Source: Candidatus Bathyarchaeota archaeon (GTDB taxonomy: Archaea; Thermoproteota; Bathyarchaeia; TCS64). Taken from it: a DNA stretch of 64,000 nt. The translations under genes and the position numbers were made by a program. Under the pieces are notes generated by a model, which had not been told where the DNA came from, did not search any database, and was given only the letters and a program-made list of their open reading frames with translations. The DNA is taken from the NCBI GenBank assembly GCA_963769425.1, contig CAVYLP010000006.1, positions 576,001 through 640,000 on the forward strand. The letters run 5' to 3'. Below are positions 38,273 to 48,670 of this stretch, piece after piece; positions within the stretch are counted from its first letter, which is position 1; each line of letters starts with the position of its first letter.

Positions 38273-39535
38273 ATGAAGCCTATGAGGTACGACGAGAGGC
38301 GGGTCCTCGACGCTATCGACGTCGACGGCCTTGTGGATTACCTGTGTGAGTTGATCTCCTTCCCCAGCGTGGGTGGTCAGGAATCTCCCGCGCAGAAGAA
38401 CATCGCGGCGAAGATGAGGGCTCTCGGCCTCGGCGTCGAGACTTGGGATGTCGACTTCGAGAAGATCAGGGGACACCCCGCCTTCAGCATGCCTATTGAG
38501 CGCAATGAGGGCATCGGCGTCGTCGGAAGCTACGGCGAGGGCAAGGGTAGGAGCCTGATGGTCAACGGGCACATAGACGTTGTCTCCCCCGGTGATGAGT
38601 CGAAGTGGAGGTACCCGCCGTGGAAGGGCACCGTTGCTGATGGCCGCGTTTACGGGCGGGGCTCCACCGACATGAAGGGGGGCGTAGTCGCCGCCCTCTA
38701 CGCCATCAAGGCCATCGTAGACTCCGGTACCCCCCTCAAGGGGAAGGTTATGCTCGAGACAGTCATCGGGGAGGAGGACGGTGGCGTCGGGGCCCTCGAC
38801 GCGATCCTCAGGGGCTACAGGGCAGACGCCGCGATAGTCCCCGAGCCGAGCGAGCTGAGCGCTGTCCCCGCCCACGCAGGCGTCATGGCATTCAGGGTCA
38901 CCGTCCAGGGGAAGGCCGCCCACGCGAGCCTGCGCACAGACGGCGTTAGTGCCATCGACAAGTTCCTCCCCCTCTACGAGGCCCTGAAGAGTCTCGAGGC
39001 GGAGAGGAACGCCCGCATAAAGGACCCCCTCTACGCGGGCTACGACATACCCTCCCCGCTCAGCATCGGAAAGATTGTGGGCGGGGAGTGGCCGGGTACC
39101 GTCCCCGAGAACCTCTACTTCGAGGGGCGCATAGGCGTCCACACCGACGAGACCTGCGACAAGGTGAAGAGGCAGTTAGAAGCCGCAGTCAAGAAAGCGG
39201 CGGACGCTGACCCGTGGCTCAAGGCGCACCAGCCCCGAGTCGACTGGAACGGTTACCGATTCGACCCAGCGAAGATACCCGCAGACCACCCGATTATGGA
39301 GACGGTTAAGACCGCGTACAGTGATGTCGCAGGCCACACGCCGAAGGTCGAGGGAAAGACCTACAGCAGCGACATGCGCCTGCTCGTCAACCTCGGCTCC
39401 ACCCCGACAATGATCTTCGGCCCGGGGGAACTGCGGGAGGCCCACTCAGCCAACGAGTCGGTCAACGTCGAGAATCTCAAAGTGGCGGCTAAGACCTATG
39501 CACTAGCCATTCTCCGCTGGTGCAACCAGCAGTAA
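38273..39535 (+). CDS. M20 ArgE/DapE-family deacylase
   Basis: NGHIDVV, GRGSTDMKGG, GEEDGG, PEP, AHSANE. Confidence 0.9.
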   Translation: MKPMRYDERRVLDAIDVDGLVDYLCELISFPSVGGQESPAQKNIAAKMRALGLGVETWDVDFEKIRGHPAFSMPIERNEGIGVVGSYGEGKGRSLMVNGHIDVVSPGDESKWRYPPWKGTVADGRVYGRGSTDMKGGVVAALYAIKAIVDSGTPLKGKVMLETVIGEEDGGVGALDAILRGYRADAAIVPEPSELSAVPAHAGVMAFRVTVQGKAAHASLRTDGVSAIDKFLPLYEALKSLEAERNARIKDPLYAGYDIPSPLSIGKIVGGEWPGTVPENLYFEGRIGVHTDETCDKVKRQLEAAVKKAADADPWLKAHQPRVDWNGYRFDPAKIPADHPIMETVKTAYSDVAGHTPKVEGKTYSSDMRLLVNLGSTPTMIFGPGELREAHSANESVNVENLKVAAKTYALAILRWCNQQ

Positions 39536-39589
39536 CCGGGTCTAATTTTTTAGGGCGGGTCACGAAGGTGAGCTTAAGGCGAGATCGAT

Positions 39590-40093
39590 TTGGATGAATA
39601 CTATCGGATACCCGCGTACCCCGACCACTTCTCAGGCACGTCTGTGCTGGCGCGGATGCTGGATGGACTTGGGTTCAGGTTCTACTGGGCGACGGAGGGG
39701 CTCAGGGCGGAGGACTATGCCTTCCGCCCGGCAAAGGACACGATGAGCATCGGGGAGCTCGTCGTCCACGTCTGGTCCTTGGTCAACTGGGTGAGCAGCT
39801 CAGCGCTGAAGAAGAGTTACGCGGAGCCGAAGGACGCCCAGGCCGCGAGGGGGGAGGCCCTTAAAGTGATCCACGACCTCAGGGAGACGATGCTCGCGAT
39901 GAGCGACGAGGAGCTGGGGAAGCTTCGCATCCGCAATAAGCCCTTCTGGAACATCGTGAACGGGCCATTCTCCGACGCCCTGACCCACACGGGGCAGATA
40001 AACAGTTTCAGGAGACTCGCCGGCAACCCAGTCGCGGAGGCTAACGTCTTTCTCGGCGAGCCACCTAAGGCAGATAAAACGGAGAAAGCTTAA
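39590..40093 (+). CDS. DinB-superfamily protein
   Basis: MSIGELVVH ... DALTHTGQI His pattern. Confidence 0.7.
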   Translation: MDEYYRIPAYPDHFSGTSVLARMLDGLGFRFYWATEGLRAEDYAFRPAKDTMSIGELVVHVWSLVNWVSSSALKKSYAEPKDAQAARGEALKVIHDLRETMLAMSDEELGKLRIRNKPFWNIVNGPFSDALTHTGQINSFRRLAGNPVAEANVFLGEPPKADKTEKA

Positions 40094-40101
40094 CCCCTCC
40101 C

Positions 40102-41952
40102 TCACTGAGTGGTGCTCGTCTTGTTTTTCTTTAGCAGCGTTGCGACGAGGGCATTGAGGATGTTCCCCGACTCCTTGCCGCCACCGGTGACGAGGACCTC
40201 TGGGGTTATCACTATCTTACCGTTGGCAATCTCCTCGAAGAGCTTAAGGGCGGCGATGTTCTGTTGCCCTAGTACCTCGGTCTGTGCCTTGTACGCCGCG
40301 GCGAGGCCCTCACCTACCTGCTCGTTCTCGTAGGCCGTGCCGTCCGCCTTCGTCTTCGTGGCGTCGCGTATGCCCTCGGCCTCGCGGCGAGCCGCCTCAG
40401 CCCGGTCAGCAGCTATCTCGATGCTGAGCTTCGCGGAGATGACGTTCTCTTGCTGGTTGGCGCGTGCCGTCTTCTCGGCGACGGCGATGCGCTGCTCCTG
40501 GGCGAGTGCCTCCTGCTCGTACTGCTTCTGCTGCTGGACGGCGATCTCCTTCTTCGTCTGCGTCTCAAGCAGCTGCGTATCCACGTTGATGTAGGCGATG
40601 AGCAACCCCTGGACCTCTACGTGGTACTTGCTGAACTCCTCCCTCGCCTTCTCGAGCGCCTGTAGCTGTAGCTCGGTGCGGCTGTGGACGAACTCCATCG
40701 CCGCCTTCTTACCGGCCTCGTTTCTGAAGCTGCTGTCGATGAGGGGGTGTGCGACCTGCTCGATTAGGTTGCTGACGGTGCCGAAGCGGGCGATGACGAA
40801 TGGGGCGTTTGGTGGCGGGATGCGTATGATGAGCCTAACATCTACGTCGAGCTGGAAGCCATCCTTCGAGGTGACCCTAAGCTGGCTGAACTTGAAGAAC
40901 TCCGCTATCTTCGCACTCTGCCCGTTGTCCTGCTTCTGACCGATTATCTTGGTCTCGGATGGCCCAGAGGACGAGGCCCAATCGATTGTGATGGCGCTCG
41001 TTGGCACCAATTCGGCCTTGTAGGCGATCAGGTTGAGGTTATATGTGCCCGGGGCTACGGGGTCCCTGAATATTCCACGCTGGTTCTTATCGGTGATCAG
41101 CAGGGATTCGACGGCCTCATGTATGGGCTGGTTGAGATCCGGGGTTGTTGATATCGTAGGCGCAACGGGGGAGGTCGCGAGCTCCTTACCTACGCTGGAG
41201 ATCACGACGGCGACGTAGCCTGGCGGGACGACGGCGACTGAGTAGAGCGTGACTGCGAAGAGCCTCTTGTTGATATAGTACTCACCCGGCTGGAGGGTTT
41301 CAAGCTGGGGCCCCCTGTATCCGCCGTAGGCGATGAATGCCTGTCCATCCTGGAAGTGCTTGTGATCGCCGTTAGGCTCAGGCGCGACTATGTAGCCTGA
41401 GGGCAAGGGGGTACCGTCCATTGCTACGACAACTCCGACCATCTCCTTTGGAACCTCTATCGCTGGGGAATGCTCGACCCTGAAGACCGCCGTGTTAATG
41501 CGGTATGTGCCCGGGACGAGTATGGCGACCTGTGGCCCCTTCATGCCTCCATTCTTGAGGAATGCACTCGCGTCCTGGAAAGAGTTGCACTCGACGTCGT
41601 CACCGAGGAGCCTGCCCTTCGTGAGTGGCTTGCCGTCTATCGACTCGACGATGCCTATGCTCCCCTGTGGTATTTGGGTGACCTTGCTCTTGGATATCTT
41701 CCAGACCACGGGGAAGCGCCAGTAGAGGCCGGGCATCAGCGTGTCGGCCTGTATGCCGATCTCCCCCTCGGAGGCTATGATCTTGCCCTGGGGAAGCTTC
41801 TTGCCAGACAGCTTCTTCGTCAGTATGCCGACCTCGTCCGCTCTAACGAGCGCGAAGCCGGGTAGGACGAGTATAAGCAATAGCACCAATAGGACTATTG
41901 CTAACGTGAGTGTCACGGCTAGTGAAGCGCCTGTCAGATCGAATGCTGCCAT
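40102..41952 (-). CDS. SPFH/band-7 (flotillin-like) protein with repeated N-terminal modules
   Basis: N-terminal TM, repeated G.Q..L.PG.Y.IN units, SKDGF.L.VDV SPFH core, Ala/Glu-rich coiled coil. Confidence 0.85.
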   Translation of the reverse strand: MAAFDLTGASLAVTLTLAIVLLVLLLILVLPGFALVRADEVGILTKKLSGKKLPQGKIIASEGEIGIQADTLMPGLYWRFPVVWKISKSKVTQIPQGSIGIVESIDGKPLTKGRLLGDDVECNSFQDASAFLKNGGMKGPQVAILVPGTYRINTAVFRVEHSPAIEVPKEMVGVVVAMDGTPLPSGYIVAPEPNGDHKHFQDGQAFIAYGGYRGPQLETLQPGEYYINKRLFAVTLYSVAVVPPGYVAVVISSVGKELATSPVAPTISTTPDLNQPIHEAVESLLITDKNQRGIFRDPVAPGTYNLNLIAYKAELVPTSAITIDWASSSGPSETKIIGQKQDNGQSAKIAEFFKFSQLRVTSKDGFQLDVDVRLIIRIPPPNAPFVIARFGTVSNLIEQVAHPLIDSSFRNEAGKKAAMEFVHSRTELQLQALEKAREEFSKYHVEVQGLLIAYINVDTQLLETQTKKEIAVQQQKQYEQEALAQEQRIAVAEKTARANQQENVISAKLSIEIAADRAEAARREAEGIRDATKTKADGTAYENEQVGEGLAAAYKAQTEVLGQQNIAALKLFEEIANGKIVITPEVLVTGGGKESGNILNALVATLLKKNKTSTTQ

Positions 41953-42086
41953 TTCTTCATTCCCTCCTTCTCGGATCCTACTTGGGCTTCCTCTGGTAAA
42001 AGAACATTCATCATAGACTATATATTATCAATAAGTCGACATTTTCTGATTCAGTTTAAATTCTCGCCCCCGTTTTCCAGTGAGGG

Positions 42087-43208
42087 ATGGTGTTGCGCCT
42101 CGGTTTCGTGGTAAACCCCGTTGCGGGGATGGGTGGGCGTGTTGGTCTGAAGGGTAGCGATGGGGCTGAGACGCTGAGGAGGGCTAAGGAGTTGGGCGCG
42201 ACGGAGTCCTCACCCGCTAGAGCGGCCGAGGCGCTCAAGCATCTTGCCTCTCTGAGGGGAGAGCTTGAGATCCTCACCTACCCTGGGGAGATGGGGGAGG
42301 ACGAGGCCCGTTCCGTAGGCTTCGAGCCGAAGGTCTTGGGAAAGATTAAGGCGGGTGAGACGACCTCAGCCGACACGAGGGCGGCGTCATGCGAGATGGC
42401 CGGCTTCGGCGTTGACTTAATCCTGTTCGCCGGGGGTGACGGGACGGCCCGAGACATTTTCGAGGTCATCGACGGGCGAGTGCCCGCCCTCGGCATCCCG
42501 ACGGGTGTAAAGATACACTCCGGCGTCTTCGCTGTCTCCCCTGCAGCCGCCGGCGAACTCGCCGCCAAGTATCTCAGGGGGGAGATCAGATCGGTCCAAG
42601 AATCTGAGGTCATGGACATCGACGAGGAGGCATTCCGCGAGAACCGGCTCAGCGCCCGCCTCTACGGGTACCTCCGCGTCCCCCAGGAGGAGTCCTACAT
42701 GCAGGGCAGCAAGGAAGCGAGCCCCGTCCAAGAGGACGAGAACCTCAAGGCGATCGCCGCGGACCTCGCCGACGAGATGGAACCAGAGACCCTCTACGTC
42801 CTCGGGCCGGGCTCGACGATAAGCAGCGTGGTGGAGCACCTCGGGCTGAGGAAGACGCTCCTCGGCGTCGACGTGATCCAGGGTGGAAAGATTGTGGCCT
42901 CGGACGTAAACGAGGACCAGCTGCTGAAGATCGTCACCGGGAAGAAAGCGAAGATCATCGTGACCGTAATCGGGGGGCAGGGCTTCGTCTTCGGTCGGGG
43001 AAACCAGCAGATCAGCCCCAGGGTCATCCGCATAGTTGGAAAAGAGAACATAATCATAGCCGCGACCCCGGCGAAGCTGGCGACTCTACACGGGAAGCCC
43101 CTCCTCGTCGATACAGGAGACGCTGCACTTGACACCGAGTTGACAGGTTACACACGCGTCATCACTGATTATGGGAGGCGCGTGGTCTACAGGATCAAGG
43201 GAGGTTAG
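42087..43208 (+). CDS. ATP-NAD kinase family protein (AcoX-like)
   Basis: NPVAGMGG.VGLKGSDG, GGDGTARD, GIPTGVKIHS, GGQGFVFGRGNQQ. Confidence 0.88.
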   Translation: MVLRLGFVVNPVAGMGGRVGLKGSDGAETLRRAKELGATESSPARAAEALKHLASLRGELEILTYPGEMGEDEARSVGFEPKVLGKIKAGETTSADTRAASCEMAGFGVDLILFAGGDGTARDIFEVIDGRVPALGIPTGVKIHSGVFAVSPAAAGELAAKYLRGEIRSVQESEVMDIDEEAFRENRLSARLYGYLRVPQEESYMQGSKEASPVQEDENLKAIAADLADEMEPETLYVLGPGSTISSVVEHLGLRKTLLGVDVIQGGKIVASDVNEDQLLKIVTGKKAKIIVTVIGGQGFVFGRGNQQISPRVIRIVGKENIIIAATPAKLATLHGKPLLVDTGDAALDTELTGYTRVITDYGRRVVYRIKGG

Positions 43209-44545
43209 TGCCCGTAGTTCTCGGGACTCGGATCGTAGACGTAACCGACGGATCCCAAGATTAGGTACAGTGAGCCTTCATGCCTGTAGACGACTGTTGC
43301 CCTGTTACTCTTTATTGTGCTGGCGAAGTCCTCGAGGTGCTGGACCTCGACTAGGCTCGCCGGCGGGTATACCACCGAGAACTGTTTGCTCTCAGGGAGG
43401 TTCGGCGTCGCCGTGTCAGGGTATATGACTGCACCCGCCCTCCCTACCCTGTTCGCCACGTTGATCCACCCGGCTGTCTCGTTCTCCAGGGCATTCCTCC
43501 GGGATGTATCCATCAATATGAATAGACCGACGAGAATCAACACGAGGGTGAGTAAACCGAATAACCTTCTCCTCCCCAGCCGCGATAACGCGGTTTTAGC
43601 TTCAATAAACAACTCCTTCAACTCGATGATCCCGCGTGGGATCAGCAACATCGTGAAGTAGATTATAGTGAGGGGTATCAGCCCCGTGAACTCCGCCATA
43701 TAACTGCCGAAGTTCAGTTGCAGCCACAGGGTCCCGATAATCATGGATAGACCCACTATAAACCCGGCGACGGCGGCCAGGGCGAGGGAGTAGAAGCCTC
43801 CGAGGACCCCCGCGGCCATAACGGGTGCAATCCAGTTTGCCTCGTTCCCGGCGAAGCTGTGCCAGAAGGGCGGGAAGAGCGACCCCGCGACGCTCGCAAC
43901 GCCTCCTGAGAAGACCCAGAAGAGTAGCTTCAGTCTCCACGGGTCGACCCCCTGGACCATGGTGAGCTCAGGGTTCTCCCCAGAGGCGACGAGCCTCACA
44001 CCTAGGGTGGTCCTCCTCCAGAGATACGACAGGAGGAGGAAGATGACGATGCAGATCAGGGGGATCATGTAGCTGTAACCCTGGAGGTCGAATAGGACGA
44101 AGTCGTAGTCCCTGACGCTGTGGAAGATGGAGTAGTCTAGACCTGTGGCCGCGTCGATATTCGCACCAACGATGAAGAGGAGGGAGCTCGCTAGCAACTG
44201 TACGCCGATCGTCGAGAGTACCCTAGGCACCTCGCCGTCCCCGCGCCGCTCCATCACCCTCATCACGCCCCAGTACTCCGCGCCACCGACCACGCAGCCA
44301 ACGACGAAGGAGAACACGGGTGAGAGGTAGAGGTTCAGGCCGAGCAGCGCTACGGTCGATCCCGTCACAACGATACCGATCCCAACATAGAGCACGATCG
44401 AGAAATCAGGTATCCCCGACGCCCTGTGCCTAATCGTCAATGCCACCCCAAGCAGCGAAATCAGCGCAGCAAAGCACAGGGCAACTATGTAGAGGCTATA
44501 ATCCAAACCAATCTTAACTTCCCCCTGAAGGATATAAAATAACAT
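43205..44545 (-). CDS. Orphan LivH-type branched-chain amino acid ABC permease with extra C-terminal domain
   Basis: G..L......IPDFS, RTTLG.RL.A..ENPEL....GV, A.VLGG; followed by a TM segment and a soluble tail. Confidence 0.75.
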   Translation of the reverse strand: MLFYILQGEVKIGLDYSLYIVALCFAALISLLGVALTIRHRASGIPDFSIVLYVGIGIVVTGSTVALLGLNLYLSPVFSFVVGCVVGGAEYWGVMRVMERRGDGEVPRVLSTIGVQLLASSLLFIVGANIDAATGLDYSIFHSVRDYDFVLFDLQGYSYMIPLICIVIFLLLSYLWRRTTLGVRLVASGENPELTMVQGVDPWRLKLLFWVFSGGVASVAGSLFPPFWHSFAGNEANWIAPVMAAGVLGGFYSLALAAVAGFIVGLSMIIGTLWLQLNFGSYMAEFTGLIPLTIIYFTMLLIPRGIIELKELFIEAKTALSRLGRRRLFGLLTLVLILVGLFILMDTSRRNALENETAGWINVANRVGRAGAVIYPDTATPNLPESKQFSVVYPPASLVEVQHLEDFASTIKSNRATVVYRHEGSLYLILGSVGYVYDPSPENYGH

Positions 44546-44603
44546 CCGGACCCACTGATCCGGCTAAAAAAAAATTTTCGTTATCTATGGTAACGGAAGT
44601 TGG

Positions 44604-45410
44604 CTACTTGGGGCTGTAGGGGCCTAGGAACTCCTCCTGCAGGATGTTCCCCCCGTCGATGACTATCTCGGAGCCGGTGAGGTAGCTCGACTCGTCGCTG
44701 GCGAGGAAGAGGACGAGGTTGCCCACGTCCTCCGGGCTCCCCTGCCTGCACATGGGTATCTTCCGCCCGAACTCCCTCATCGCCACCTCTGCGTCTGCGC
44801 CACCCGTGCTCCCCCTTATCCCGAAGGCGCTAGGGCTGTACACATACCCGGGGAGGATGCAGTTCACGTTGATCATGTACTGCGCCGTCTCGAGGGCGAG
44901 AGCCTTCGTGAACCCAATCACAGCAGCCTTCGATGAGCCGTAGGCCGTCTGCCCACCCGCGGGCGTCCCAACCATCGGCCCCGTCACGCTACTCATGCTA
45001 ACAATCTTCCCGTAGCGCCTCTCCATCATCCCGGGCAGCACCGCCTTCGCGCAGCGGAACATCCCGAAGACGTTTATCTCGAAGAGACGGTGGAGGAACT
45101 CCTCATCCATCTCCACGAGCTTGCGCCGGGGATAGATGCCGGCGTTGTTGACGAGGATATCGACGCGCCCGTGATCCTTGACCATCTTGGCGAAGGCCTG
45201 ATCGACGTCCGCCGCCTTAGTCACGTCCATCCGGTAGGCGTTGGCCTTTCCGCCTGTCGCTCGAATGGTCTCCGCCGTCGCCTCGACTGACTCCTGAAGG
45301 TCCGCTAGGCACACAGTTGCCCCATGAGCTGCTAGGACTCTCGCTATCCCAGCCCCGATCCCTTGGGCAGAGCCCGTTACGACCGCAACCTTTCCCTCAA
45401 GCCTACTCAC
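44604..45410 (-). CDS. Short-chain dehydrogenase/reductase (UcpA/FabG-like)
   Basis: TGSAQGIG, NNAG, YGSSK; GTG start overlaps the gcvPB stop. Confidence 0.9.
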   Translation of the reverse strand: MSRLEGKVAVVTGSAQGIGAGIARVLAAHGATVCLADLQESVEATAETIRATGGKANAYRMDVTKAADVDQAFAKMVKDHGRVDILVNNAGIYPRRKLVEMDEEFLHRLFEINVFGMFRCAKAVLPGMMERRYGKIVSMSSVTGPMVGTPAGGQTAYGSSKAAVIGFTKALALETAQYMINVNCILPGYVYSPSAFGIRGSTGGADAEVAMREFGRKIPMCRQGSPEDVGNLVLFLASDESSYLTGSEIVIDGGNILQEEFLGPYSPK

Positions 45411-46948
45411 TTCATCTTCCTCCTGTAAGCCCTCCAGCTCATCGCCCACCTCTCTGGGTCATCGAACGGCGCTCCGTTGACGGCGTGTATCGACGAGTTG
45501 TGCGGCGCCTTCTTCAGAATCTCCGGGTCCTCGTACGCCTCCTCGCAGACCCTCTTCAGCACGGCGATCCAGTAGTCGATGTCCGCCTTGCTGTAGGTCT
45601 CGCATGGCTCCGGCGTAAAGGGCTCCGCCACGATCCACGGGTGGTGACTCGTGAAGTAGCTCTGGACGCCGTAGTCGACGACCCGCTTATTCACCTCGTT
45701 GACGCCGCAGCCCGTATCAGCCTTCAGCTTCTCCAAGCTCCACCGGACCTGATCGAGGCGCCTTCCCCCGTAGGGCTTGGTGACACCGGGGACCTCCTTC
45801 ATCCTCTCGCTCAGGTACTGGTTGTTGAGCATGCTGATCTCCGCGGCCTCCCTGATTCCGTCTGCCCCCATTGCGGCGGCCCACGCGTAGGCGCGGACAA
45901 CCACCTGTAGGTTGCCGAGGAAGTCCCTCACCCGCCCGATGCTGTGCGGGCGGTCGTAGTCGAGGTGGTACTTCTCCCCCCTCTTCACGATGACTGGGAT
46001 GGGAAGGTACTTCGCCAGCTCCTCCGTGACGCCGACGGCTCCCGACCCGGGGCCGCTGCTACCGTGGGGGCTACCGAACGTCTTGTGGAGGTTGAAGAAG
46101 CTCATATCGAACCCCGCATCTCTGGCGCGAGTGACCCCCATGACACCATTGAGGTTCGCCTGATCGTAGGCGCATAGCCCACCCGCCTCGTGCACAATCC
46201 TCGTCCACTCGTCTATGTTCGGGTTGAAGATGCCCGTGTCCTCCGGGTTCGTCACGAAGATGCCCGCCGTGTGCTTCGATACCGCCGCCTTGAGCGCCTC
46301 GACGCTTGGGTAGCCCGTCTCGTCGTCGGGGTAGAGGGTAACCACCTTGAAGCCCGCCGTCGCGGGGCACGCCGCATCGCAGGGATGACTGAAGATGGTC
46401 GTGATTACCTCGTCGCGCTGCGCGAGCTCACCCTGCTCCTCGTGGTACTTGCGAATGATGACGGCGTTGTTGAAAGCGCCCGCCGACCCGCCCGGGGGCT
46501 GGAAGGTGAAGGCGTCCATTCCGCTAATCTCGCGGAGGTAGATGTCCCCGAAGCGCCACGCGACCTCGAGGAGGCCCTGAATCGTCTCCTCGGGCTGGTC
46601 GGGGTGGATGCCCGCCACCATCCCCGCCAACTCCTCGTTGACCTTGGGGCTGTACTTCATCGTGCAGGTCCCGACGCCGAGGTCTATCTCCATCTCCATG
46701 CCGAGGGTCATCTGGCTCAGTCGCAGCCAGTGGCGCAGGGCCTGGGGCTGGCTGATCTCGGGGAGACCGGGAGGCGTCTTGCGCCTCATGCCCTTTGGTA
46801 TGAGGGCGTCAGCCTTACCGACCGCTTTCTGAATCTCCTGCTCAACGAGGGGTAGGATAACGCCTCGCTCACCCTTCGCGCCAAGCTCGTGTATGAGCAG
46901 CTCGCTCCACACTGGGGCGTGATACGGGCGCACCTTGACATCGGTCAT
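45407..46948 (-). CDS. gcvPB: Glycine cleavage P-protein-like subunit 2
   Basis: G.CTMKYSPK, TFQP.GG..G, TNPEDTGIF, DQANLNG, NLHKTF..PHG PLP Lys. Confidence 0.9.
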   Translation of the reverse strand: MTDVKVRPYHAPVWSELLIHELGAKGERGVILPLVEQEIQKAVGKADALIPKGMRRKTPPGLPEISQPQALRHWLRLSQMTLGMEMEIDLGVGTCTMKYSPKVNEELAGMVAGIHPDQPEETIQGLLEVAWRFGDIYLREISGMDAFTFQPPGGSAGAFNNAVIIRKYHEEQGELAQRDEVITTIFSHPCDAACPATAGFKVVTLYPDDETGYPSVEALKAAVSKHTAGIFVTNPEDTGIFNPNIDEWTRIVHEAGGLCAYDQANLNGVMGVTRARDAGFDMSFFNLHKTFGSPHGSSGPGSGAVGVTEELAKYLPIPVIVKRGEKYHLDYDRPHSIGRVRDFLGNLQVVVRAYAWAAAMGADGIREAAEISMLNNQYLSERMKEVPGVTKPYGGRRLDQVRWSLEKLKADTGCGVNEVNKRVVDYGVQSYFTSHHPWIVAEPFTPEPCETYSKADIDYWIAVLKRVCEEAYEDPEILKKAPHNSSIHAVNGAPFDDPERWAMSWRAYRRKMK

Positions 46949-48345
46949 CGCAGGATCGCCTCCAGCTCCCCGGCGAACGTATCTATGTCCGCCTTGCCGT
47001 GGACCTCGGTGACGCATGTGAGGGCGGACTGGCCCAACTCAGGGAACTCCCCCGAGATGTCCTTGCCCCCGAAGATACCCTTCTTAAGAAGCGCCTTGTT
47101 GACCTGCGCCACCTTCTTCCCCGTGGCGTCGAGGCATAGAGGGAACTCGGTGAAGAACCCGGGGAACCTAACCTCGACACCCTCGATCTCCGACAACTTC
47201 CCCGCGGCGTAGTGGCTCTTCTGCAGTATGGCCTCACCCACGTCCCTCATCCCCTGGGGGCCGAGGAGACTCATGTAGACGGCCGCGATTACGCCGTGGA
47301 GGGCTGTCGTTGTGCCGACCCAGTCCTTCGCCTTCTCGCGAGCCATGTAGCTCGTCCGCTCGTACGCGGCCTGGCCGAAGCCGCGCTCCCCCTCCTCAAT
47401 GGTGTCGGTTACGCTGATTAGGCGCAGCGGGTACTCGGCGACGTACCTCTCCTCATCCCTGCTCGCTATGAAGCCGGCGAGACCGCCGCCCGCCGTCATG
47501 TGTACGCCGAGGGGCTGCACCTCGCCGCAGACGATATCAGCGCCGTAGTCGCTCGGCGGCGAGAGGACGCCGAGGCTGATGGGGTCGACCCCCACGACGA
47601 CCTCCGCGCCCGCCTCATGCGCCATCGCAGCTATCTTCTCCCCTTGATCCTCGATTGCGCCGAGGTAGCCGGGGTTCTCGAAGTAGACGCAGGCAATTGC
47701 ATCACTGATCTTCCTCTTTAGGTCCTTGAGGTCGAGTGTCCCCGTCTTCTTGTCGTAGGCTACCTTCGTGATCTTCAACGCCCCGGGCATCTCTGTCGGG
47801 TTACCGAAGTTGGCCATCACTGCCAATCGTGCCGGGCTCATGCCCGCCGGGACGAGTATCTCCCTCCTCCCCGTGAGGCGGGAAGCCATCCTCACCGCGT
47901 TGCCCGCGGCGCTCCCCCAGTCATAGGTGGGGATGCCGCTAACCTCCATGCCGACGAGCTCACAGATGAGGCTCTGGAACTCCCAGTTCGCCTGGAACCT
48001 GCCGAGGTCGCTGTAGTATCCGCCGGCGTAGGCGGTTAGGAACTCGCCGCGGCGCGCTATCTCATCGCAGACCTGCGGTATGAAGTGGTTCCAGCAGCCA
48101 CCGCCGAGGAAGCTGAGGGTATCCTCGGTGGACCTATCCTCATTGAGGATATCCGAGACGTGCCTCTTGAGGTCCTGCTCGGCGGGGAGGGCCTCGGGGA
48201 GATTCATACGCCTCTTCAGGAGGAGCCTCTCGGGGATCATCTCCGCGTAGAGCTGGTCCGTGCTCTCGGCGCCGACTGCTCTGAGCATCTCCGCCCTGGC
48301 CTCGGGGACGGAGTTGGGTATGTATGGGTGCGGCTTCTTCGCCAT
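46945..48345 (-). CDS. gcvPA: Glycine cleavage P-protein-like subunit 1
   Basis: HPYIPN, FLGGG.WNHFIP, EFLTAY, GADIVCGEVQPLG, REKA. Confidence 0.9.
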   Translation of the reverse strand: MAKKPHPYIPNSVPEARAEMLRAVGAESTDQLYAEMIPERLLLKRRMNLPEALPAEQDLKRHVSDILNEDRSTEDTLSFLGGGCWNHFIPQVCDEIARRGEFLTAYAGGYYSDLGRFQANWEFQSLICELVGMEVSGIPTYDWGSAAGNAVRMASRLTGRREILVPAGMSPARLAVMANFGNPTEMPGALKITKVAYDKKTGTLDLKDLKRKISDAIACVYFENPGYLGAIEDQGEKIAAMAHEAGAEVVVGVDPISLGVLSPPSDYGADIVCGEVQPLGVHMTAGGGLAGFIASRDEERYVAEYPLRLISVTDTIEEGERGFGQAAYERTSYMAREKAKDWVGTTTALHGVIAAVYMSLLGPQGMRDVGEAILQKSHYAAGKLSEIEGVEVRFPGFFTEFPLCLDATGKKVAQVNKALLKKGIFGGKDISGEFPELGQSALTCVTEVHGKADIDTFAGELEAILR

Positions 48346-48423
48346 GGTCGATCTGGTTCTATGGGAGCCCATATGGGCTATATCCCTGACGGCTCATCGC
48401 ACGCAGAATCAGGGTTACCGCAT

Positions 48424-48558
48424 CTACTTCGCCAGGCTGACGACGGCCTCTAGGAGGCGCGCCTCGGCGCAAACGAGCTCAACCTCGCTCCTCTCCTCAT
48501 CTTCCCCGGATTCATCCTCTTCAACTCGGTGGACTCGGTAAACGTCGGTGCTACACAT
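48424..48558 (-). CDS. Small acidic hypothetical protein (44 aa, MCSTDVYRVHRVEEDES...)
   Basis: Read manually; TTAAAT box about 30 nt upstream on the minus strand. Confidence 0.4.
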   Translation of the reverse strand: MCSTDVYRVHRVEEDESGEDEERSEVELVCAEARLLEAVVSLAK

Positions 48559-48670
48559 AGCAGATCGCGATCCGACCCTCGCCCCGTGGATTTAAGGAGA
48601 TTAGGAGCGGTGAAAGATACTGGAAATCACTTCGGTTACCTCTAAATACGGGCAGCAACCCCATGCCTGC

